64,000 nt of DNA from Minisyncoccia bacterium (GTDB lineage Bacteria > Patescibacteriota > Minisyncoccia > Phycocordibacterales > Phycocordibacteraceae). The position numbers and the translations under genes are program-made. The notes beneath the pieces were generated by a model. It was given only the letters and a program-made list of their open reading frames with translations, was not told the origin of the DNA and made no database searches. The stretch is from NCBI GenBank assembly GCA_038207395.1, contig JBBQZW010000003.1:18131-82130 (forward strand). The letters run 5' to 3'. How positions within the stretch are numbered: position 1 is the stretch's first letter; every line of letters begins with the position of its first letter. Positions 30,187 through 36,446 of the stretch are shown one piece after another.

Positions 30187-31097
30187 TATGCTCTTTCTGG
30201 GTAATTCCTCAAATCGAGAGATTCAGCAGTTTCTACTGAGTCGATATAAATCTCAGTCATTCGTCGTTTAAGCTGTTGTAGGTTCTCGTTCTTTTTGTGA
30301 AAGTCAAAAGAATCTTCAATTGAGTTAGGTGCAGTGAAAACTATAAACGGTGAATTGAGAGCTACGAATCCGCCTTTCAACTGAAGATTAAAAGGGTAGC
30401 GATCAGCGATTTGCAGTAGTTGTGCAAAGGGAACGTTTCCTTCTCGGAAGTCGTCAAACAAAAGACATTCGTCTTGTTGATACCCTGTACCTGGCCAGTG
30501 ACCATCTGATACGGAACAGATTTCAGTAAAGTTTCTGTATACAAGTGAGGTTTTTCCGACGCCTGTATTTCCATATATCCAAAATACCTTGGGTGGTATG
30601 TTTTGGTCGCGATGTCTTAAATAAATTGGCTGAAGACACTGGGCATAGCGAAGTTGCTGTTGGTTGTTTGCAAACTCATCAATAATTTTATTGAGATCTT
30701 TAGGATTTGCTTTAATAGCTTCTTTGATTTCGCTCATGTCAGTACGAGAACCTTGTTTGCTGGGTTCCCCAAACACAAAGAAGTTTCCATCCTTTTGCGT
30801 ATACGTCTCATTTGTTTCAACACTGCCATTTGCTTTTTCTACATGGAACTTGAGTAGCTCTCCATTTCGAGTGAAGTTTAAATATTTTTGTAGATATGGA
30901 ATACGCTGAGCATTCTTAAGTTCAATATATCCCTGAATGTGAGGAGTTCCGTTTTCTTCACCAATCTCCAAACCGTAGCTAATGTAGTAATGATTTTCTA
31001 ATAAAGCGGCAAGAACGTGTAATCTCTCCAAGTCCTCCTGGGAGTAATTGTTGATAGTAAAACAGTATCTACGGCTTTTAATCTGTTTCTTCTCCAT
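30186..31097 (-). CDS. CRESS/circovirus-like rolling-circle Rep (HUH endonuclease + SF3 helicase)
   Basis: Motif I CFTINNY, II TPHIQGY, III YTQKDG; Walker A GNTGVGKT, Walker B LLFDDF, KGG and motif C FTAPN, LKRR; probable ATG 31097 (TTG 31112 is an alternative). Confidence 0.92.
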   Translation of the reverse strand: MEKKQIKSRRYCFTINNYSQEDLERLHVLAALLENHYYISYGLEIGEENGTPHIQGYIELKNAQRIPYLQKYLNFTRNGELLKFHVEKANGSVETNETYTQKDGNFFVFGEPSKQGSRTDMSEIKEAIKANPKDLNKIIDEFANNQQQLRYAQCLQPIYLRHRDQNIPPKVFWIYGNTGVGKTSLVYRNFTEICSVSDGHWPGTGYQQDECLLFDDFREGNVPFAQLLQIADRYPFNLQLKGGFVALNSPFIVFTAPNSIEDSFDFHKKNENLQQLKRRMTEIYIDSVETAESLDLRNYPERA

Positions 31098-31098
31098 A

Positions 31099-31314
31099 TT
31101 AATTTTGTCCAAATGTCCCGAAGTCGGGGGTAATACTATCCCCGACTTCCGTGGCGCGGTGCCGGACTAAAGTCCCGACACTCGCCCCGTCCCCAAACAA
31201 GCATCGAATGAGCGAAGCAAGGTGCAGTTGAGCATCATCCGCAGAAACGGCCACGCCTTGGGTGGCGGCCATTTCTGCCTGATACTCCTGAATTAGTGCC
31301 GTACTAAAATGCAT
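31099..31314 (-). CDS. Small hypothetical protein upstream of rep (possible RDF/regulator)
   Basis: MHFSTALIQEYQAEMAATQGVAVSADDAQLHLASL; its 3' part runs through the ori. Confidence 0.5.
   Translation of the reverse strand: MHFSTALIQEYQAEMAATQGVAVSADDAQLHLASLIRCLFGDGASVGTLVRHRATEVGDSITPDFGTFGQN
31120..31149 (-). other. Rolling-circle origin stem-loop with TAGTATTAC nonanucleotide
   Basis: Minus strand GAAGTCGGGG-ATAGTATTAC-CCCCGACTTC; perfect 10-bp stem, just upstream of rep and on the rep strand. Confidence 0.9.
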
Positions 31315-31357
31315 TAGCCCACCCTATAAAAAAGGAGAGTGAGTATGGGTGAGAGGT

Positions 31358-32224
31358 TTAGTGAGGATGCTCTAAGTACCGTTCGTGCACGGCGAGGTGG
31401 TCAGCATGAACGCTGAATATTTGAGAGAGTCGTGGGTGCTTTTTAACAAAGCGATTGAGAGCATCTTTATACGATATCTTCTCCGCTTTCATTTTGTTTT
31501 GCTCAAACTCCGGTATGTCGGTATAGTCTATTCTGTTTTCACTGAACTGGTTGAATAGAGCCTTGAGCGCAAAGTGTTCCTTGTTGGGTTTGTTTTGATA
31601 TCCAACTGATACAGTTTGATCATCAAAGTGGAATTCATACCTTTCAGGGTCATACCAAATACCGGCATCTTTAACATCTTCAAAAGAAATGCCGTTATTC
31701 ATTTTCTCTAGTAATCGCTCAATACTTCTAAAGGGCGAAAGGACAATGGTTGCTACAACCTCAGGAGGGTTTCCTTTTATCGCATCTCTCGCGGCATCAA
31801 GAACATCTTTTATATTCATGTCGTTCTCTAAGAAGACTTCTTTAGGAATGAATATGTTTGCGGGTATCGTTTTCTCAATCATGTCTGTACCAGCTAAGTT
31901 TAGTGCTTCAACAAAGTCAGTTGTATCTAGATTCGCAAGTTCATTGAGAACTTTTTCATAGTTTTCATCAGCTAGAAACTTCTGAATCTCAGGGTGAGCT
32001 TTCTGTTCGAATACATAGAAGCCAACGAGATATCCTTTGCTATCAAGTTGGGTAAGGGTGTTCAAAAATACAGGAACGGTTAGAGCGGACAAGTTGATAT
32101 GCTCGTACGTGATTCGGAGCGTATGCTGCTCTTCATCCTTAAGATGGGGTACTTGTTTCCGTGCATGGAAAAGAAGCCTTAAGACGTTGAGGACAGCTAG
32201 TATGTTCTGCTCACGAGGGGTCAT
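31358..32224 (-). CDS. Hypothetical protein (288 aa)
   Basis: Long ORF co-oriented with rep and recombinase; no recognised motif. Confidence 0.7.
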   Translation of the reverse strand: MTPREQNILAVLNVLRLLFHARKQVPHLKDEEQHTLRITYEHINLSALTVPVFLNTLTQLDSKGYLVGFYVFEQKAHPEIQKFLADENYEKVLNELANLDTTDFVEALNLAGTDMIEKTIPANIFIPKEVFLENDMNIKDVLDAARDAIKGNPPEVVATIVLSPFRSIERLLEKMNNGISFEDVKDAGIWYDPERYEFHFDDQTVSVGYQNKPNKEHFALKALFNQFSENRIDYTDIPEFEQNKMKAEKISYKDALNRFVKKHPRLSQIFSVHADHLAVHERYLEHPH

Positions 32225-32248
32225 ATGGGGATATTGTATAGTTATTGC

Positions 32249-33028
32249 ATGAGTTTAGAAGGACCACCACGCAAAAAGAAAACTTTCTATGAAATTCTAG
32301 GAGTAGGCGCTGATGCTTCTGATAAAGAGATTAGTGAATCTTTTAGAGAGCTTTCAAAGAAGTTTCATCCTGATAATCAGGAAAGTGGAGATGAGGAAAA
32401 GTACAAGAAAATCTCTGAGGCGTATACCGCTTTAAAAAAACCAGAATCAAGAGACAAATACGATACTCAACGAGGTCATAGTTCTGCATCAGCTAGCCCG
32501 GGAGCTACACGCCCTACATATGAGGCACGAAAACCACGGGTTATTAATCTCACGATTGAGACTAATAATGGTAAAGCCTTTATAACCAAAGAGGGTAAGC
32601 GAATTTCTAAAGAGTATGACGCAATACAAAAAGCAAAAGAAGGTATTGCTGATTTTTATATCGGTATTCTACCGAACCAAGTAGATATTTTTAATCCAAA
32701 TGGAATGTTTGATATTGTTGAAGCAAGTTATAAATCCATTGAATACAAAAATGGAATTCTGGTTGGTAAAAGCCTTTATGGGAATAGTGAAAGCCTCTTG
32801 AGTTTAAAGAGTGGAAAAGAAGTCATTGGAGGTTACACAGAGTTCAATCTAATCGACGGCCATATTGTCGGAACTAATATGTACGGCACGGGAGTTGATG
32901 TAATTGATTCTAAGACCGGATTACCCATCTCGCATAATTTTAAGACGATTGAGATAGAGGACGGCAAGCTAGTTGCAACAAGTTGGGACGGGAAGAAAGG
33001 CAGGGTTTCCGTTGAGAAAAAGAAATAA
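32249..33028 (+). CDS. J-domain protein with unrelated beta-rich C-terminus
   Basis: FYEILGV...FRELSKKFHPD...ISEAY..L...RDKYD; no zinc fingers; probable start MSLEG. Confidence 0.85.
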   Translation: MSLEGPPRKKKTFYEILGVGADASDKEISESFRELSKKFHPDNQESGDEEKYKKISEAYTALKKPESRDKYDTQRGHSSASASPGATRPTYEARKPRVINLTIETNNGKAFITKEGKRISKEYDAIQKAKEGIADFYIGILPNQVDIFNPNGMFDIVEASYKSIEYKNGILVGKSLYGNSESLLSLKSGKEVIGGYTEFNLIDGHIVGTNMYGTGVDVIDSKTGLPISHNFKTIEIEDGKLVATSWDGKKGRVSVEKKK

Positions 33029-33038
33029 TCCCTTTTCA

Positions 33039-33075
33039 ATATACCCTTGACATATTCATGTAAAGGGTATATAAT
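33039..33075 (+). promoter_or_regulatory. Consensus sigma70 promoter overlapped by a 10-bp inverted repeat (operator-like)
   Basis: TTGACA 33047-52, 17 bp, TATAAT 33070-75; ATATACCCTT/AAGGGTATAT. Confidence 0.75.
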
Positions 33076-33107
33076 CTTTACAAGTTCATTCAATTGGGAG
33101 AATTACA

Positions 33108-33356
33108 ATGACTCAGGCAAGTTTTGTGCTGGAAGACATCGGTTCGGAAAATCGAACCTATGAATTCAGTCAGGACATCGATTTCGCGCCTTACAATGGT
33201 ATGAAGATCGATCTCGGCAATGCTCCGCCCTGCTACGTGCACTCAGCTGTGTACAGGCTGGACGAGCGGAGCTGGAACGTTCGCCTCAAGCCACGGCACA
33301 ATGAGCAAAAGCCCGAGCCTGGAGAGCTTGAGCGGCTCGGGTGGAAGACCTATTAG
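33108..33356 (+). CDS. Small hypothetical protein (82 aa)
   Basis: Has a promoter, SD GGGAG and downstream hairpin AGCCCCGC...GCGGGGCT. Confidence 0.75.
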   Translation: MTQASFVLEDIGSENRTYEFSQDIDFAPYNGMKIDLGNAPPCYVHSAVYRLDERSWNVRLKPRHNEQKPEPGELERLGWKTY

Positions 33357-33402
33357 CTCGAAGCCCCGCTGCAGAAATGTGGCGGGGCTAATTCATTAAT
33401 AG

Positions 33403-33427
33403 AGTTCTAACATCGACCCAGACAGCC
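33403..33427 (+). repeat. Array direct repeat copy 1
   Basis: AGTTCTAACATCGACCCAGACAGCC (1 mismatch to consensus). Confidence 0.95.
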
Positions 33428-33529
33428 AGCACCAAACCACAAAGCCCCATATGTACGTGCTAAAAGAAAGAGGCGGCCCGAAGGTCGCCTCTTTGCGCAA
33501 ATTATCCGGTGCGCATTATTTCGGAATGG

Positions 33530-33835
33530 TCAGGCTTTGAAATATTTGCCTTGCGCACGGGCTTCTCCCCTGGTCTTCCACCCATCTTCACGAAATCCAT
33601 CGTAGTCGTGAGCATACACGTAGAAGTAAAGGGTGATGTTCGGGGTCCCGTCCTCATGGCGCCAGTGGAAAATCTGCGAGACCTCATCTGCCATATCGTC
33701 GCCGAGCTGGAACATTTCGGCTTCGCGAGGAAGAACTGGCCACTCAAACTCCTTGAAAATTGGCTCGAGATCGAGCTTTTCTTTGTCCTCGCAGAATTTT
33801 TCTCCAATACGAACACAAGCTACAAACTTGATCAT
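33530..33835 (-). CDS. Cassette 1: small hypothetical protein
   Basis: TTGACA-17-TAATAT promoter, GGAGG SD, ATG 33835, downstream hairpin ~33467-33494. Confidence 0.75.
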   Translation of the reverse strand: MIKFVACVRIGEKFCEDKEKLDLEPIFKEFEWPVLPREAEMFQLGDDMADEVSQIFHWRHEDGTPNITLYFYVYAHDYDGFREDGWKTRGEARAQGKYFKA

Positions 33836-33900
33836 GTAATCCTCCATCAAAAGAGCTGGGTACATATTACGTCATTAAACATATATTGTCAAGTATAAAA

Positions 33901-33925
33901 AGTTCTAACGTCGACCCAGACAGCC
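33901..33925 (+). repeat. Array direct repeat copy 2
   Basis: AGTTCTAACGTCGACCCAGACAGCC. Confidence 0.97.
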
Positions 33926-34020
33926 ACGGATAAGAAACTTGACTTATACTATATTTCATGCCATCTTATATACAGCGAATTTAAGGAATAAGTTAACCCT
34001 TTCACCTTACGGAGGTCTTT

Positions 34021-34206
34021 ATGCCCGAAGTTCAGAACACTCGCATGTGCGCGACCCCTACTTGCCGCACTCCGGTTACCAACCCGCAGTCAGGTTACTG
34101 CGATTCATGTCTTGAGTTCGATCAGCTGACTTACGACCTTGAAACAGCTCGTTTCCAGCAAGAGCTGGCCGATGAGGATCTTCAACGTTTAATGCAAGGG
34201 GATTAG
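34021..34206 (+). CDS. Cassette 2: small Cys-containing (putative zinc-binding) protein
   Basis: GGAGG SD; CATPTC...YCDSC; downstream hairpin ~34219-34250. Confidence 0.7.
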   Translation: MPEVQNTRMCATPTCRTPVTNPQSGYCDSCLEFDQLTYDLETARFQQELADEDLQRLMQGD

Positions 34207-34271
34207 CGGTGCGAATGGAACCCGATCACGCTTTTGGCGAGGTCGGGTTTTCTCTATTTAGAGGTATAAAA

Positions 34272-34296
34272 AGTTCTAACGTCGACCTAAACAGCC
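34272..34296 (+). repeat. Array direct repeat copy 3
   Basis: AGTTCTAACGTCGACCTAAACAGCC (2 mismatches). Confidence 0.95.
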
Positions 34297-34344
34297 TTGA
34301 AGTAAGAAATTCAAAAGGGAGACCATTGCTGGTCTCCCTTGGGT

Positions 34345-34605
34345 TCAGGAACGAACCCGATTTGCTCCTTCTCCTTCCGCGCCGGTTCCAGCTAGAGCGA
34401 AGATCCATGCCATGACACACAGAACGGGATTTGTGTGCCAGTAGTAGGTTGTCCCGAGGAATGCGGCAAGTAGGCGTGGACAGAAGAGCCACGCCAACCA
34501 GCTCAAGATGCCGAACGGTGTCACCACCGCAAACAGCATCGTGAGACGCGGACAGAAGAGCAGAAAGAATAGAAAGAGCCAGCCGTGGTTTGCCCAGAAG
34601 TCCAT
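34345..34605 (-). CDS. Cassette 3: small membrane protein
   Basis: TTGACA-17-TAATAT promoter, GGAGG SD; hydrophobic, with internal repeat FCPRL x2. Confidence 0.75.
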   Translation of the reverse strand: MDFWANHGWLFLFFLLFCPRLTMLFAVVTPFGILSWLAWLFCPRLLAAFLGTTYYWHTNPVLCVMAWIFALAGTGAEGEGANRVRS

Positions 34606-34677
34606 GTGAAATCCTCCCTGAATAGGCGATAGCTGAGACTATATTAGCATCATTCATAGTACTTGTCAAGTATAAAA

Positions 34678-34702
34678 AGTTCTAACGTCGACCCAGACAG
34701 CC
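34678..34702 (+). repeat. Array direct repeat copy 4
   Basis: AGTTCTAACGTCGACCCAGACAGCC. Confidence 0.97.
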
Positions 34703-34737
34703 AGCGAAAAGTATTTATTCTTGTTAATATTATGTTG

Positions 34738-35124
34738 ATGACAGAAAGTAATGTGCAGGACCAAAAACAAATGACACTTTGGGCAGCCGAATGTGCTGAA
34801 CACGTACTTTCATACTTTGAACAGGAACGGCCTGGAGACATGAGGCCGCGATTAGCGATAGAAGCAGCGCGCGCGTGGGTAAAGGGTGAACTAAAAGTTA
34901 GCGAGGCTAGGACTGCTGCGTTTGATGCTCATGACGCAGCACGCGAGGTAAAAACAGACGCAGCTATCGCTGCGGCGCGTGCAGCAGGCCACGCTGCAGC
35001 TACGGTCCATGTCATAACTCATGCTCCGCACGCGGCAGAGTATGCCGTGAAGGCTGCCGAAGCCGCGAGTATTACAGGTGAACGTAAGTGGCAAAAGACG
35101 CGCGATCAGGTATCAAGAATGTAA
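34738..35124 (+). CDS. Cassette 4: Imm-5-like putative immunity protein
   Basis: WAAECAEHVL..FE...PGD.RPR.AIEAARAW..GE...AAR.AGHAAAT.HV..HA pattern. Confidence 0.8.
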   Translation: MTESNVQDQKQMTLWAAECAEHVLSYFEQERPGDMRPRLAIEAARAWVKGELKVSEARTAAFDAHDAAREVKTDAAIAAARAAGHAAATVHVITHAPHAAEYAVKAAEAASITGERKWQKTRDQVSRM

Positions 35125-35126
35125 TA

Positions 35127-35151
35127 AGTTCTAACGTCGACCCAGACAGCC
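35127..35151 (+). repeat. Array direct repeat copy 5
   Basis: AGTTCTAACGTCGACCCAGACAGCC. Confidence 0.97.
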
Positions 35152-35213
35152 AGCAATGTTTTAAAATAAAATTCAAACAGTGAAAAAGAACGCTACTTTA
35201 GAACCGATAATAT

Positions 35214-35655
35214 AAAAAGGTCCGTGACTTTCGCCACGGACCCTAAAAAGTGCAGATACTTTACTCAATCGCCTGCGCTAAAGACTCGCTTTCGCTGCGC
35301 CTACACCTAACGGCTTAAGCTTGCAAAGATCTGCTGGGACAGCATTTAGGCTTGGAAGATTCCGAGTGACCAATTAGGCATGGTTTCAGATCTCCCTTGT
35401 TCGACTCTTACGAGCTCCTCGGCTCAAATGAATGGCTTTGGAATATGAGCTCTGCCGAGGCTCACACCTACTCTGTAGCTTTCGCCTCATCCACATGCGC
35501 AGTATCCTGCTCATGTTTGCGGGTACGGGACGGAGCCCTTATGGAGGACCCTCCTCTATGGATTTCCCCTGGATTATCGATATGCTAAAGGCCTGGACCG
35601 GTTTCAATATACGGCACTTACTCCCGGTATCTCGGTTGATGTCCACGCTGTCCAG
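35214..35655 (-). ncRNA. Cassette 5: putative large structured non-coding RNA (~440 nt)
   Basis: TTGACA(35688-83)-16-TATTCT promoter; terminator hairpin 35219-35242 with U-run; several GNRA-capped helices; no convincing ORF. Confidence 0.55.
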
Positions 35656-35705
35656 TATTAAGAATACTTCGACTCTAACAGCTGTCAATGTGAGGATGTG
35701 AGGAA

Positions 35706-35730
35706 AGTTCCAACGTTGTCCCAGACAGCC
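35706..35730 (+). repeat. Array direct repeat copy 6 (most divergent)
   Basis: AGTTCCAACGTTGTCCCAGACAGCC (3 mismatches). Confidence 0.9.
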
Positions 35731-35740
35731 AGTGCCACTC

Positions 35741-36115
35741 CTAAATCTTTCGTGCTCCTGTAGGAAAGGTTGTTATCCGTCGAGTAATTAATCCTGTAGC
35801 TCCAAAGTAAAAGTATTCTTGAAATTGAACATCCACCGACTCGCCGTTTTTAAGTGAGCCAGAAAATCTTCCCGTTGTTGATACTGCGTTTGGCAGCGTT
35901 GTTACAAGAATATCGGTATGCGTTCCATGCGCGATTATCCTTTCTTCACTATAGAATTTTTTAAACGCAGTCATTCCTTGGAGTGGAGTAGTGCCATCCC
36001 GCAAGTATTCGATCTCATTATCAAATAATGCATAGAGTGATTTGTAATCACCTTCGTCAATATACCGGTAGTAGTTCAGTACGGCTTCTTTCCACAAAGT
36101 GGCCTGCTCGCTCAT
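35741..36115 (-). CDS. SnoaL/NTF2-like protein
   Basis: VLNYYRYIDEGDY..LYALFD..IEY.R.G...L.G...FY. Confidence 0.8.
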   Translation of the reverse strand: MSEQATLWKEAVLNYYRYIDEGDYKSLYALFDNEIEYLRDGTTPLQGMTAFKKFYSEERIIAHGTHTDILVTTLPNAVSTTGRFSGSLKNGESVDVQFQEYFYFGATGLITRRITTFPTGARKI

Positions 36116-36200
36116 AGATATAGTATATAACCTCTAGGGCAGAGCTTTTATGTGATATCCGTAGCCCTACTTTGTTAGTAATGCACTATACTTACTCACA

Positions 36201-36404
36201 ATGAGCACCGAGACCCATTTTATAAACGAGCTTGGCAACACTATTCATATTCAAGTTGAGGAACAAGAAATACAGGATCATCCAGGCATCCTGATTACTA
36301 TTACAGGGCCCGACTCTACCTCTACTAACCACATTACGTGCGAAGAAGCTGAGGTTTTGCAGGGACTGCTTTCTAAAACACTACATATCAGTAACTCAGA
36401 CTAG
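36201..36404 (+). CDS. Small hypothetical protein
   Basis: 67-aa ORF with TATACT shortly upstream of the ATG. Confidence 0.6.
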   Translation: MSTETHFINELGNTIHIQVEEQEIQDHPGILITITGPDSTSTNHITCEEAEVLQGLLSKTLHISNSD

Positions 36405-36446
36405 TTAGAGTAGTTTGGTTTCGCATTCGTTTGCTAGAATAGGGGA

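Larger units (their letters stand above)
28685..35730. mobile_element. Integrated element: serine recombinase + CRESS-type Rep/ori + direct-repeat cassette array (may extend to ~36400)
   Basis: Interrupts mraY-ftsW; left end is a degenerate repeat copy overlapping the mraY stop; six further repeat copies; recombinase/rep region is visibly more AT-rich. Confidence 0.85.

Noticed and set aside
28696-33400. Prophage or integrated ssDNA virus
   Set aside because: No recognisable capsid, terminase or other virion gene; the 288-aa ORF remains unassigned, so this is not fully excluded.
33502-34669. Alternative ORFs 33509-33898, 33502-33816, 34226-34669, 34209-34415
   Set aside because: They overlap better-supported genes that have SD and promoter, or run across repeat copies.
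35397-35701. Plus-strand ORFs of 63 and 89 aa in cassette 5
   Set aside because: No SD or motifs, and they run opposite to the promoter and terminator orientation.
33403-35730. CRISPR array
   Set aside because: Intervals are ~350-550 bp and contain whole genes; no cas genes in the window.
33403-35730. Classical integron or pdif modules
   Set aside because: No tyrosine integrase; repeats lack attC palindromic structure and do not resemble the XerC/XerD dif layout; cassettes occur in both orientations.
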